The notes under the pieces: model-generated | Told to the model about the DNA's origin: nothing | The model's input: the letters and a program-made list of their open reading frames with translations, nothing else | The model's database searches: none | Assembly: GCA_017454295.1 (NCBI GenBank) | Contig: JAFTDF010000004.1 | Location: 52,904 to 116,903, forward strand | Length of the DNA stretch: 64,000 bases | From: Bacilli bacterium | GTDB taxonomy: Bacteria; Bacillota_I; Bacilli_A; RFN20; CAG-826 | Direction of reading: 5' to 3' | Made by a program: the position numbers and the translations under genes | Shown: positions 45,774 through 55,700 of the stretch, piece by piece | Numbering within the stretch: the stretch's first letter is position 1 | How the letters are laid out: every line of letters begins with the position of its first letter

Positions 45774-46448
45774 TTAAGCTTTTTGATAGGCTTTTACTAA
45801 GGTAATTAGGTAGTCTGCCAGGGCATCGACTCCCTCATCCTTTTTCGCGGAAACCGGGAAGAAAACAGCCTCCGGATTGAGACGGCGGATCCGCTCTTCC
45901 ACTTTCTCTACGTCGAAGTCAAAGACGGAAATGGTATCCATTTTCGTGAAGACGAAGGCATTGCCGCGAGTAAACATCAAAGGATACTTCAACGGTTTGT
46001 CATCGCCTTCGGGGATCGAAAGAATCACCAAGTTTAAGGTCGCGCCGGTATCGAATTCGGCGGGGCAAACCAGGTTCCCGATGTTTTCCAAAATCACCAA
46101 ATCCAAGCCATCTTCGCCTAGACAGGCGATGCCTTCGCTGGTCATCTTCGCGTCGAGATGGCATTCGCCCGAGGTGTGGAGTTGGATGGTTTTCACCCCG
46201 GTTTTTTCGGCGATGGTGTTGGCGTCGACGACCGCATCCATATCGGCTTCGATGACGCCCACGCGCAATTCCTTCTTCAATTTGGCGATGAGATTCACCA
46301 ACAAGGTGGTTTTCCCAGCGCCGGGAGAAGACATCAAATTGATGAAAAAGACGTTCTTTTCCTTCAAGTGTTCCCGTAATGCGGCGGCACGGGCATCGTT
46401 ATTGGCCAGCACGGATTGTTTGACCTTAATGACTCGTAGATTTTCCAT
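45774..46448 (-). CDS. hypB: hydrogenase/urease-type nickel-insertion GTPase HypB
   Basis: Contains G1 SSPGAGKTTLL, the metal-binding CH motif GECHLDA, ENIGNLVCPAEFD and TKMD. A GAGGTAA SD lies upstream. Confidence 0.85.
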   Translation of the reverse strand: MENLRVIKVKQSVLANNDARAAALREHLKEKNVFFINLMSSPGAGKTTLLVNLIAKLKKELRVGVIEADMDAVVDANTIAEKTGVKTIQLHTSGECHLDAKMTSEGIACLGEDGLDLVILENIGNLVCPAEFDTGATLNLVILSIPEGDDKPLKYPLMFTRGNAFVFTKMDTISVFDFDVEKVEERIRRLNPEAVFFPVSAKKDEGVDALADYLITLVKAYQKA

Positions 46449-46493
46449 AGCTTTACCTCGCTGGATATTTTACCCATTTCCCCAGGACTCCTC

Positions 46494-46499
46494 TATAAT
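46494..46499 (+). promoter_or_regulatory. -10 box (TATAAT) 8 nt upstream of the methyltransferase ATG
   Basis: The sequence reads TCTATAAT-CAAATGCC-ATG(46508). There is no SD. Confidence 0.45.
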
Positions 46500-46507
46500 C
46501 AAATGCC

Positions 46508-47101
46508 ATGGAACGAAAAACCGATTTAATTCGCGAAAAATTCGATGCCTGGGCGGCGGATTGGGACGCAAATGGAAGCCCCGATAACGCCCTGCTAGAT
46601 TTCCTATTAGACAAGATTCCCGACCTCGAAAAAGGACCGATTTTGGATGTCGCTTGCGGTACCGGCGTCATCACGGGAAAACTCGCCGCCAAAAGCGGCC
46701 AGCCCGTTTTGGGGATGGATCTCGCGCCGAAGATGATTGAAATCGCCAAAGAAAAATATAACCACGTCCCCTCTATCTCTTTCCTCACCCAAGATTTCTA
46801 TGAATATGAAGGGGCGCCTTATCAGACCATCGTCATCCATAATGCCTATCCCCACTTCCTCGATGTTCCCGCCTTATCCAAAAAAGCGGCGTCCTTACTT
46901 TGCGAAGGCGGCACCTTGGCGATCCTTCATTCCCTCGGCCGAAAGACTCTCGAACATCACCATTCCGGCTCCGCCTCACCCATCTCCTTCTCCTTGGGCA
47001 CGCCCAGAAAAGAAGCGGCGAGATTCGCGAACGAATTTACTTTGCTCCAAGCCGATGAAGGGGATTCCTTCTACTACTTCATTCTCCGTAAACGCGCCTA
47101 A
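46508..47101 (+). CDS. class I SAM-dependent methyltransferase
   Basis: Motif I is ILDVACGTGVITG. Length is 197 aa. Confidence 0.8.
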   Translation: MERKTDLIREKFDAWAADWDANGSPDNALLDFLLDKIPDLEKGPILDVACGTGVITGKLAAKSGQPVLGMDLAPKMIEIAKEKYNHVPSISFLTQDFYEYEGAPYQTIVIHNAYPHFLDVPALSKKAASLLCEGGTLAILHSLGRKTLEHHHSGSASPISFSLGTPRKEAARFANEFTLLQADEGDSFYYFILRKRA

Positions 47102-47127
47102 AAACCCAAAATTCCTTCGATGAAAAG

Positions 47128-47160
47128 ACGTTTCTCCGAATTGGAGAATCGTTTTTCTTT
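47128..47160 (+). terminator. intrinsic terminator after the methyltransferase gene
   Basis: 10-bp stem ACGTTTCTCC/GGAGAATCGT (one mismatch), loop GAATT, then TTTTTCTTT. Confidence 0.75.
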
Positions 47161-47181
47161 TAATTGGTTAATCGCGAGTAG

Positions 47182-47210
47182 AGTGCCTGTGGCTTGCGCC
47201 TACGTAAAAT
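47182..47210 (+). promoter_or_regulatory. promoter-like AGTGCC-N17-TAAAAT upstream of the 311-aa/1,230-aa operon
   Basis: The spacer is exactly 17 nt. TTAATCGCGA lies just upstream. The same layout recurs at 52655-52694. Confidence 0.45.
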
Positions 47211-47227
47211 AGCGACCGGAAATTGTT

Positions 47228-48163
47228 ATGAACGCCGCATCGACCCCCACCAATTCCGCCAAGAAAAAAAGCCCCCTCGTGTTCTGGGGCGTTTTCCTTG
47301 CCGCTACGATCGGCCTTGGGGTCGGCGCGGGATTCGGTATGACGAAATTGCTCAAACCCGATTCCATCCAATATATCGTCGATGAAGACCAATACACCAT
47401 CGACATGGAGGCCACGCGGAAAAAATACCAAGCGGCCAAATCCAGTAAGAACTTTGCTTCATTAACCCCAGAGGAAATGATCAATATCGGTTACGACCTC
47501 TTCGCCCAAGACGAAAACAATTACACCGTCGGCGTGGGTTATACCCAAGCGGCCATGGTCCGGCAAATCATCCAAACCCGTTCCGTCAAAATGGGAGACC
47601 GTTTCTTCGAGGAATCCAATTCCATCGGGATGGTCAATCTCTACGACCGCATGTTCCAAGAAGGGGATAACACCGTCAAATATTGGGGCTCGACGCCGGA
47701 TTATGGAAGCAACCAACCCGAAACCGTCTCCAACGCGGATTATCGCATCGCAATGGGTCGTAACGTCTCCGACAGTTTGGTCTACATCGTTTCCGAGAAA
47801 ACCAAAATTGAAACGCCCTCGCCGGGAGACCCGCCCAATGGCATCTACCAAGAAAACGGAGATTACCGGGTGGAAATCACCCTCGACCCCACCACTTCGG
47901 TGGCCCGTTATCAATGCCAAATGCAAACGATCTCGAATTTGAAATATAAACCCACCTTCGACTTCGTTCACCTCAGCGTGGTGCTTGATGCGGACCTCAA
48001 CCTCATCAAGATGACGACCCACGAAAAATACTTCGCCACCATCTCCTCGGGACTTGGTTCCACCGGCGAAGGTTCCCTCACCACCATGTATTACCACGAA
48101 GCCCCCTCCTACGGCTTCCCCAGCGTCAACAGCAAATTACCGGATTTCCCGGATTCATTATGA
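47228..48163 (+). CDS. membrane-anchored (N-terminal TM) extracytoplasmic protein, unknown function
   Basis: 311 aa with basic N-terminus KKKSP followed by the TM helix LVFWGVFLAATIGLGVGAGFG. It sits immediately upstream of the 1,230-aa gene. Confidence 0.7.
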   Translation: MNAASTPTNSAKKKSPLVFWGVFLAATIGLGVGAGFGMTKLLKPDSIQYIVDEDQYTIDMEATRKKYQAAKSSKNFASLTPEEMINIGYDLFAQDENNYTVGVGYTQAAMVRQIIQTRSVKMGDRFFEESNSIGMVNLYDRMFQEGDNTVKYWGSTPDYGSNQPETVSNADYRIAMGRNVSDSLVYIVSEKTKIETPSPGDPPNGIYQENGDYRVEITLDPTTSVARYQCQMQTISNLKYKPTFDFVHLSVVLDADLNLIKMTTHEKYFATISSGLGSTGEGSLTTMYYHEAPSYGFPSVNSKLPDFPDSL

Positions 48164-48177
48164 AAGGAGCAACCACG

Positions 48178-51100
48178 ATGGCTCATTCAAAACTCAAACA
48201 CGGACTTCTCATCGGCTTAGCCGGGCTTGGCGTCTTCGGCGCCTCAGCCGTCACGACCTTCTTCGTCGTTCCCCAAAAAGTCATTACCCGCAACGTCGAG
48301 AACAATCACAACAACGGCGAAAACCATGTTCTCACCGGGCAGGAACGTTTTATCGGTAACCTCGCCAACCAAGCCTCCACGGGCCTTAGCTTTGAAATCA
48401 ACCATTTGAAATTCGACCAAAGCTATGTCGGCGAAAACGCCAAAACCGGTCACAACACCATCACCGTGACCGAAGACGCCCCGGCCACACTTCGCTTTGC
48501 GATGTCCAATCTCTCCCTCCATGGAGTCAACTTTGCCCTTACCGCGCCCCTCACCTATAGCAACAACGGAGTTAACGCCAAGCACCGGGGAATCCATGCC
48601 GCGCTAGTCAACGACGAAATCTATTTGAACCTTTTCGATAACGGCAACGATGTCGCGGATGTGGTAAATAACCAACTCGAGCGTTCCGCCGGGGGCACCT
48701 GGGATTTCAAATACAAAGTCTCCACCGCTGCCAAGGACATCCAAGTCGCCGAGGAAGATCAAGACGCGTTGACCCGTGGCTTCTATCAATATGAATATGG
48801 GGATCTCGACTGGCTCCTCGAAGATGTTCTCTCCATCCTTTCCGAAGGAGGGATCAACGTTTCCTTGGAGGGTTGGCTGAATAAGCTTACCTCCGGAAGC
48901 GAAACGTCCTCGGAGAGCGAAAGCGCCTCGAATGGTATTTCCTTGGATGACATCACCGCATCGATGAACCGAATGGTCGAGAAGAAAGTGGACGGGAAGC
49001 CCTACTTCATCTGGAATTTGCCCTTAGGCGATATGAACTTGCCGTTAGGGTTTGGTAGCGACGCTAGCTATAACCTCGCCCGCGTCGATCTCCCGGCCAA
49101 GGTCAGCGCCGACGATAGCGCCCCGTTAGAAGCGTGGACGATCCAAGACGGTTTGAGCCTCTCCTTAAGCGCCAAAGTCTCCACCGAGGCCATCGAGGAT
49201 TGGAGCGATGCCGTCTATGGCGATCCCGCCGACTACCACGATTTGCGCAATAGTGCAGGCTTATTCGAAGAAGTCGCCAAAGTCGTCTCCAAACCGCAAA
49301 TCGGGTTATCCGGCTCCTTCACCATCGGTCATGAGGAGGATGCCATCGAAGGCACCCGCACCAAGTTACGGAAAAAAGCGGTCGATGAAGACGCCAAAAT
49401 CGAACTTTCCGCCAATCTCGATGCCTTTGCCGCGGCCGAGCCGATTGCCGATTCCAAGCGTGAACTGCAGGGCATCGACGCCAGTTTGGTCATTGGCAAA
49501 GTCGACCAGCCCAACGAAGAACCCACCGCCAAAAACAAAATCGGCGTTGCCTATTTAAAAGAAGATGAGGAATTCAATGGCTATCTCAACGTCAACGAGG
49601 TCTTGAAAGCCAAAACCAGCAAGACCTACCTCGACGAATTCTATTCCGAAGTCCTCGAAGATACCTTCTCCTCCAGCGAGGATGGCATCTCCCTCGATCA
49701 ACTTAGCGGAATCGTCGATCTATTAGGCGATGACGTCAAAAAGATCCAAGAATCCGACTTGGTGAAAGCCATCCAAGAAGGTTCCTTCCCCACCGCTTTA
49801 GACTTGCTTTCTTCCTTTGTCGGTGGCGATAACACCATTGCCATCAACCTCTCCTTTGCCCCTTTAGGGATCGAAGGGACCGCCTCTGTGGTGTTAGATG
49901 GCGCCGCCAATCACGATTTGCTCTCGCTTACGATCTCCAATCTTAAGTTGCTCTCTTTCACTTTGAATGGGGAACTTCACACCTCCGCCTTCGTTGCGCC
50001 GAGCAAGCCGGCCTTTGCCGAGAATCCCGCCGAATATCAGGAACTCTCCCACCTCAAGGGAATCGGAGGCCAAATCAAAGACATCGTGAATGAGAAATCC
50101 TTCGGGATGGATCTTGGCCTAACGATGGCTAATGCCACCGAAACCACCTTGGATGCCCAGGGGAAAGTTCAACTTTCCTTTGGCGAGCAGAAAGAAGGCA
50201 ACGTTGGCCTAAAACTCATCCATAAAGCCAAGAGCTATACCGCCCAACATAACGCCGTCATCGATTTGAAGAACGATTTCCAAGACATCGCCTTCCATTA
50301 CGATTCCTATAAGGACGATGACCGCGTCGACACCTCGGCTAAATCCGCGGATGGCATCAACGGCAAGATGTCCCTTGCCTCCGCCAAAGAAGTCTTCTCG
50401 CAAGAACAAGATTTCGATCTTCAAGAAATCCTCACCATCTTCAAAGGCGACGATCGTTTCTCCCGCCTTGGCGCGGCCTTGATGGGTGAATCTTCCGCTT
50501 CGTTAATTTCCCAAATCATGAACCGTCAATATTTCGGTTTGCTGGAAAACCATGCCATCTTGAGCCAAGTCGATATCGCTAGCGACCACACCCTCGTCGT
50601 CTTAGATGGCGCTAAGCTTGGCTTAGATGCCACCACCATCACCATCGACGTCGTCTACGAAACCCCCGCCGAAGGGGAAGGCGGCATCGCTTCCTTGAAT
50701 GTGCAAATCGCCCGGGCTGGCAGCCAAGACCAAGAAGCCCGCACCATCGCTCTCTCCCTCTCGAACATTGCTCCGTTAGGGGAAACTTCGATTGCCCATC
50801 TCGACGATACCAATTTCGATGACTATAGCCCCTTAGCCACGCTCGGTCGCGATTTGGTTCACACCTTGACGCTAGGCGACTATGTCAATGAGGGCAAAGT
50901 CCAAGGTGCTTCCAATTATGCCATCCATGGCGCGATTGATCTGGATATCGCCGGCTACGGAACCACCCTTTATGATTTCGATGCCAAAGCCTATGTCGAA
51001 GGCGCTGAAACCAAACTCTATGCCGAACTCGCCGACTTCCCGGTCATCCGCGGCGTCAACGGTCCCGATTCCGATACCTATTTCCGGCCCAATGAACTCG

Positions 51101-51870
51101 AGGGTGTGCGCACCAGCGAGATCTACTTCTATGCCAATGGCGTCGATCCCGAAGGCCAAGTCCTCTTGACCCGCGATTCTTCCTATGGCCGCCTCCGCAA
51201 CGTCCAAGATGCCGTCCGTCTCCAAGGCAAGGATCTCACCGATGACCTGCTAGGCTGGCTTGGCGAATATGCCCTTGGCTTGGATGCTTCCTTATTTGAA
51301 AAAGAAGAAAGCGAATCCACCACCGAATCTTCGGGCATGGCCATCCATCTCGATGATGCCTGGGTTGGTTTCACCCATGACGATCACACCTACGAAATCG
51401 CTTTGAATTTGGGTGATTTGCTGGGGATTTCGATCTTGGACGAAGTGAAATTGACCTTCGAGACCAAATCCGTCACCTCGACAAATTACAGCAAGGAAAT
51501 CGTTTCGGGATTGGTCGTCTCCCTCGCCGTTGCCCCCAAAGCCACCGATGCGGAAAACCAAGTCCATAAGATGAAACTCGCCTCCGCCGAAGTGAGCCTC
51601 CGCCTCACCAATTTCGCAGGCGCCGATCATGCCGTCACCTCCGTCTTTGGCGAAGATTCTCGCTTTGCCCAAGCCTTCGTCGGCACCGTCTCCGAAGATG
51701 GTCTTATCGACGAAGATGGCGAAACCGGTGCCCTCTACCTCATCCAAAACGGGTTCCAATCCGCCATCGCCAATCCCAATCCCCACGCCGGATTTGATAA
51801 CTACTATGGTTATGACTTCAGCCAAGGTGTCGGAGACTTCGCCGGACGGAACCTCTACTTGGGGATCTAA
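48178..51870 (+). CDS. large (about 1,230 aa) signal-anchored envelope protein, paralogue of 52717-56238
   Basis: An AAGGAG SD lies 8 nt upstream of the ATG at 48178. An alternative ATG at 48160 overlaps the upstream stop. The N-terminal TM helix is LLIGLAGLGVFGASAVTTFFVV. Conserved islands are shared with the paralogue (FIWNLPLG..LPLG, YLN.N..LKAKT, L.TR....GKD....LL.WL). Confidence 0.8.
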   Translation: MAHSKLKHGLLIGLAGLGVFGASAVTTFFVVPQKVITRNVENNHNNGENHVLTGQERFIGNLANQASTGLSFEINHLKFDQSYVGENAKTGHNTITVTEDAPATLRFAMSNLSLHGVNFALTAPLTYSNNGVNAKHRGIHAALVNDEIYLNLFDNGNDVADVVNNQLERSAGGTWDFKYKVSTAAKDIQVAEEDQDALTRGFYQYEYGDLDWLLEDVLSILSEGGINVSLEGWLNKLTSGSETSSESESASNGISLDDITASMNRMVEKKVDGKPYFIWNLPLGDMNLPLGFGSDASYNLARVDLPAKVSADDSAPLEAWTIQDGLSLSLSAKVSTEAIEDWSDAVYGDPADYHDLRNSAGLFEEVAKVVSKPQIGLSGSFTIGHEEDAIEGTRTKLRKKAVDEDAKIELSANLDAFAAAEPIADSKRELQGIDASLVIGKVDQPNEEPTAKNKIGVAYLKEDEEFNGYLNVNEVLKAKTSKTYLDEFYSEVLEDTFSSSEDGISLDQLSGIVDLLGDDVKKIQESDLVKAIQEGSFPTALDLLSSFVGGDNTIAINLSFAPLGIEGTASVVLDGAANHDLLSLTISNLKLLSFTLNGELHTSAFVAPSKPAFAENPAEYQELSHLKGIGGQIKDIVNEKSFGMDLGLTMANATETTLDAQGKVQLSFGEQKEGNVGLKLIHKAKSYTAQHNAVIDLKNDFQDIAFHYDSYKDDDRVDTSAKSADGINGKMSLASAKEVFSQEQDFDLQEILTIFKGDDRFSRLGAALMGESSASLISQIMNRQYFGLLENHAILSQVDIASDHTLVVLDGAKLGLDATTITIDVVYETPAEGEGGIASLNVQIARAGSQDQEARTIALSLSNIAPLGETSIAHLDDTNFDDYSPLATLGRDLVHTLTLGDYVNEGKVQGASNYAIHGAIDLDIAGYGTTLYDFDAKAYVEGAETKLYAELADFPVIRGVNGPDSDTYFRPNELEGVRTSEIYFYANGVDPEGQVLLTRDSSYGRLRNVQDAVRLQGKDLTDDLLGWLGEYALGLDASLFEKEESESTTESSGMAIHLDDAWVGFTHDDHTYEIALNLGDLLGISILDEVKLTFETKSVTSTNYSKEIVSGLVVSLAVAPKATDAENQVHKMKLASAEVSLRLTNFAGADHAVTSVFGEDSRFAQAFVGTVSEDGLIDEDGETGALYLIQNGFQSAIANPNPHAGFDNYYGYDFSQGVGDFAGRNLYLGI

Positions 51871-51886
51871 ACGCCATCTCCCTTCA

Positions 51887-51909
51887 AGCGCCCATTGTGG
51901 CGCTTTTTC
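51887..51909 (+). terminator. intrinsic terminator after the 1,230-aa gene
   Basis: Stem AGCGCC/GGCGCT, loop CATTGT, then TTTTT. Confidence 0.7.
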
Positions 51910-51932
51910 TTTATTTCCTTTGGAAATCGCCC

Positions 51933-51938
51933 TACAAT
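51933..51938 (+). promoter_or_regulatory. -10 box (TACAAT) 6 nt upstream of the XRE-gene ATG; leaderless candidate
   Basis: The sequence reads CCTACAAT-CAAAGC-ATG(51945). Confidence 0.5.
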
Positions 51939-51944
51939 CAAAGC

Positions 51945-52598
51945 ATGGAACAACTCTCCAATATCGTCGGGAAAAACCTCGCTTCGTTACGAAAAGCAAG
52001 GGGTCTGACCCAACAAGAACTGGCCAAAGAAATCAACTACTCGGATAAATCCATTTCCAAATGGGAACTCGGCTACGCTTTGCCTTCCGTCGACGTGTTA
52101 AAGGACTTCGCCGAATTCTATGGGGTCACCGTGGACTACCTCATCCGCGAACAAAAAGAACAGGAACTCATCGCCACCGCCCAAAAGGAAACCCCCTGGA
52201 TCAATCTCAACCATGGTTTGATTTTGGCCATGTCGATGACCTTCATCGTTTTGGTTGCCCTCTCCGTTTTCTTCTCCGAATATTATTCCCCCTTCAGCAG
52301 CTCCGCCCCCGATCCAGAATCCCGCCGCTGGGCTTGGTCCATCTTCATCTGGATGGTCCCCGTGTGCTTATTGGTGGCCGCTTTCGAAACCCGGCGTTTC
52401 TGGCGTCCCAATAAGATTGCTTTCGTGGTGCTGCTTAGTTGCTTCGTTTGGTTCTTGTTTATCGCCTTTGCCATTCACTTCGCCTTCTTTGCCAGGCCTT
52501 CCGAAAACGTATGGTATATCCTTGTGGCTTGCATCCCCATACAAGTCATTATCATCTTGGCGGCGAATTTCCGCAGGAAGCCAAAGGAAAAACAATAA
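51945..52598 (+). CDS. XRE-family HTH regulator fused to four TM helices
   Basis: HTH region LRKARGLTQQELAKEINYSDKSISKWELG, followed by four hydrophobic helices. Length is 217 aa. Confidence 0.8.
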   Translation: MEQLSNIVGKNLASLRKARGLTQQELAKEINYSDKSISKWELGYALPSVDVLKDFAEFYGVTVDYLIREQKEQELIATAQKETPWINLNHGLILAMSMTFIVLVALSVFFSEYYSPFSSSAPDPESRRWAWSIFIWMVPVCLLVAAFETRRFWRPNKIAFVVLLSCFVWFLFIAFAIHFAFFARPSENVWYILVACIPIQVIIILAANFRRKPKEKQ

Positions 52599-52601
52599 AA
52601 G

Positions 52602-52623
52602 ACGTGCCCCGTGCACGTTTTTT
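52602..52623 (+). terminator. intrinsic terminator after the XRE gene
   Basis: Stem ACGTGC/GCACGT with a 5-nt loop, then TTTTTT. Confidence 0.7.
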
Positions 52624-52665
52624 CTTGTTCTCCAAAACGGAGAATCCCCATTCCTTGATTGCGAT

Positions 52666-52694
52666 AGTGCCCCTTGTTTTTCCTTGCATATAAT
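52666..52694 (+). promoter_or_regulatory. promoter-like AGTGCC-N17-TATAAT upstream of the 1,173-aa lipoprotein gene
   Basis: The spacer is exactly 17 nt and TTGATTGCGA lies just upstream. An AAAGGA SD precedes the ATG at 52717. Confidence 0.5.
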
Positions 52695-52716
52695 GCAAGC
52701 GGGGAAAAGGATACGT

Positions 52717-55700
52717 ATGCACCATCGACTTCGTCAAATCACCGTCTCCTTGCTAAGCCTTGTTGGCTTAGTTTTTTCCGGTTGTGCTACCGTGGCTTCT
52801 CCGCTTCCCGAAATCAAAGCCGAGCAAACCTATGTCCGTAACGACACCCCGATTCGGGCCCAGGTTTCAAACTTGATTGAAGATGGTCTGGCTTTGGATC
52901 TCGATTCGTTCCAGATCAACATCCCCAGCAAACAAGGCGCGGATAACCTCATCGACCTTTCCCATAGCCAAGCCCATTTCCGGCTCGATGCCCCTTCGCT
53001 CCACGGCATCGTCCTTTCCTTAGCGGCTTCCGGCACCTATAACGGCGCCGCCGATCCTCTCCATTTCAACCTCGATTTGCCCGGCGACGATACCATCTAT
53101 CTCGCCCTCGGACTGCCGCAGCGTCAAGGCAAACAACGGGGTTTCCGTTTCAAAAGCGACCTCGCGATCGTCGATGCCCCCGAAGGGATGGATGAGGGAA
53201 CCCGCGGAATCACTTATTTCGAATATGGGGCTTTGGACCATTTCCTTTATTCCTCGCTTGAGGCATTGGGAATTTCTTTCTCTCTTTCCACTTCGGAAGG
53301 CGGCATCGCCTTTGATGGCGCCGCGATCAAAGATTCCTTAGCGCAAATGGAAGCCGTCGGCAGCGACCGTTTCATTTGGAACTTGCCTTTAGGTGAAGCC
53401 ACTTTGCCCCTTGGGCTCGTGGCATCCTCGGGAACCTTGCGCAGAATCGAATTCCCCGCCGATGGGGGTACTTATACGTTTGAAAACGGTATCGAATGTT
53501 CGTTCTCCGCCACCATTCGTCCCGATGAGAATCACGTTTTCTCGGCGCCAAACGAAGCCGAATCTTACGTCGAGATTAGCGATTCGTTAGAACTAGTCAA
53601 AGGTATCGGACGATATGTAAAGAGTAAGTCCTTTGGTTTTGATGGCGAATTCACCATCGCCCATGCGGAAGGCAGCATCACCGGCGACGACACCCATTTT
53701 GCCCGTGAGGGATTTTCCGAGGAAGCGACCTTATCCTTTACCGGGGATGCCGATTTCTCCGTATCGCCTTATCAAGACGCGGCCTTCTCTCTTTCCCTTT
53801 CCCAAGGATCGGATAGCGAAAACCTCGCCCTTCATCTGCGCGAAGAAGAGGGCGAAACCAGAGCCTATTTAAACCTTAACGACATTCTCAAAGCAAAAAC
53901 GAACGTCTCCACTGTTTCCAGCTTTGCCACGAGCCTCAAAAACGCTTTGGGGGACGAAACGATTCGCAACGAAACCATCATGGCGTTGCTCTCGGGTTTG
54001 CTCTCCACCGCCGATAGCATCCAGCAAGCTCTCGATGCCATTCAAGGAACTGGCTTATATTCTTCCATCAAAGATGGCCATTACGAAGAGTCACTAGAAA
54101 TCATTAAGGAAATCTCCCATGACCAAAATTCCATTCGCGTGCAAATCGACCTCGCCCCGATTGCGATGAGCGGAAACGTCACCATCACGCTTTCTTCGGC
54201 CGCAGATTCCTTACTTTCGATCGCCTTGGACCAAGTCGGCATCGCCACCAGCGAAGAGCCGACGCTAAATCTTGCCATCACCGGCACGCTCGCCATTCGC
54301 GATTTCCTCGCGCCCGCCCTAGAAACGGACCAATATGTTGAGATGGAACACCTTCCGGCTTGGGAAGAAGAATTATCCGCCATCGCCGAGACCGATCAGC
54401 TCACCGCCGATATCGAAGGCTATGTATTGCAACTTGGCACCACCGCGGTCGCCAATCAGACCGTGCATGGGTTCTCCGGCAACCGCCTTGCTCGCGAACA
54501 AGGGTTCCTCTTCTCCGGGAATCTCGGTTTTGATTTGGCCGAGAAAAAAGGAACGGGCAAAGCCACGTTTACCGACCGAAAGGAAAACTTCCTCAACGAC
54601 CACAACCTCAAACTCGATGTCACCGGGCCGGAAATCGAAGATACCGTCCTTAGCGATGAGGCCAAACGGAACAACGACTATACCGGTAACGATACTCCGA
54701 ATGGCGGCATGATGCTGTTCGAATACGATTCCAAAAACTCCGCCACGACCAAATCCGCCTATTCCAAAGCAACGGAACCAAAACACGATTCCTTAAAGGG
54801 ACGGTTCTCGGTGCACTCCTTGGATACGATTTTGGGAATCGTGACGGATTTGATGTCTTCCGACGATGTCCGTTTCGACCGTTTGACAAGCCTCTTCTCC
54901 GACTTAACCACCAAGTCCACGATCGGCGCTTTACTTGGCGGCAAATATCTTCAAGTCCTTGCCAGTGGCATCCTCTCCTCGGTCAGCATCGATAACCTTC
55001 AAAACATCGACACCTTTGTTTTGAAACCGGGTTTAATCAAAGAAGGTTATCCCTTAACTCTTCGCATCACCTATGAAGACGATGCGATCCTCGAATCCGG
55101 CGTCCATCAAGGAAAACCGAAGATCTTAGAAGTTCTTTCCCGCCCGGAAAACAGTGCAGAAGGAACGGAAATCTATGCAAAAATCACCTTAACCGGTACG
55201 AATTTGGAATCCGCGGATTTCAATTGGGGCGCTTCGCCTAATCTCAATGATTTCCGTTCCTATTCGTCTTTGGCCCATCTCCTCGACTACCTTTTAGGCA
55301 CGATTACCTTGGGTTCCACCGATACCAACCCATTGACGACGTATCACTTATCCGGCCGTATCCCGTTAAAGATTTTGACCAAGACCTATAACATCGAACT
55401 CGAGATTTTCATTTACCTCCACGGCACCAATGTGAAGATCATCGGCTCCGTTCATACCCCTGAAATCAAACCGATTGGTTTGGTCTCGGTCACCAATGCC
55501 GACACCTATGTAAACCTGTTCTACGAGAGTAACGGCGAAGATAAAGAAGGAGATCTCTTCCTCACCCGTCGCCACGTCGAAGACCACGATCTTTCCAACG
55601 ATAAGAAGACGGAAGAGTTCCGCCGTGTCCGTGGGAAGGATTTCTCCGCGAATTTGTTAGATTGGCTTTTAGGCTTCATCTTGAACGTGGGCAGCGTAGT

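Noticed and set aside
45774-46448. Alternative assignment of the G3E GTPase as UreG or CooC.
   Set aside because: The GECHLDA (CH) motif, ENIGNLVCPAEFD and the overall length fit HypB best. No urease or CODH genes are nearby to support the alternatives.
47182-47200. Sigma-54 (-24/-12) promoter in front of the 311/1,230-aa operon (TGCC..GGCTTGC).
   Set aside because: The GG and GC elements are not separated by the required spacing of roughly 10 nt, and a normal -10 (TAAAAT) sits at the right distance.
52255-52716. N-terminal extensions offered by the ORF track: 52255 for the 1,173-aa gene, 9421 for the Trx-like lipoprotein, 51897 for the XRE gene, 39172 for permease B, 958 for the kinase, 18483 for atpB and 45692 for carD.
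   Set aside because: The extensions overlap upstream genes or terminators, have implausible composition, and bypass downstream starts that carry a signal peptide, an SD, a -10 box or an ATGA coupling.
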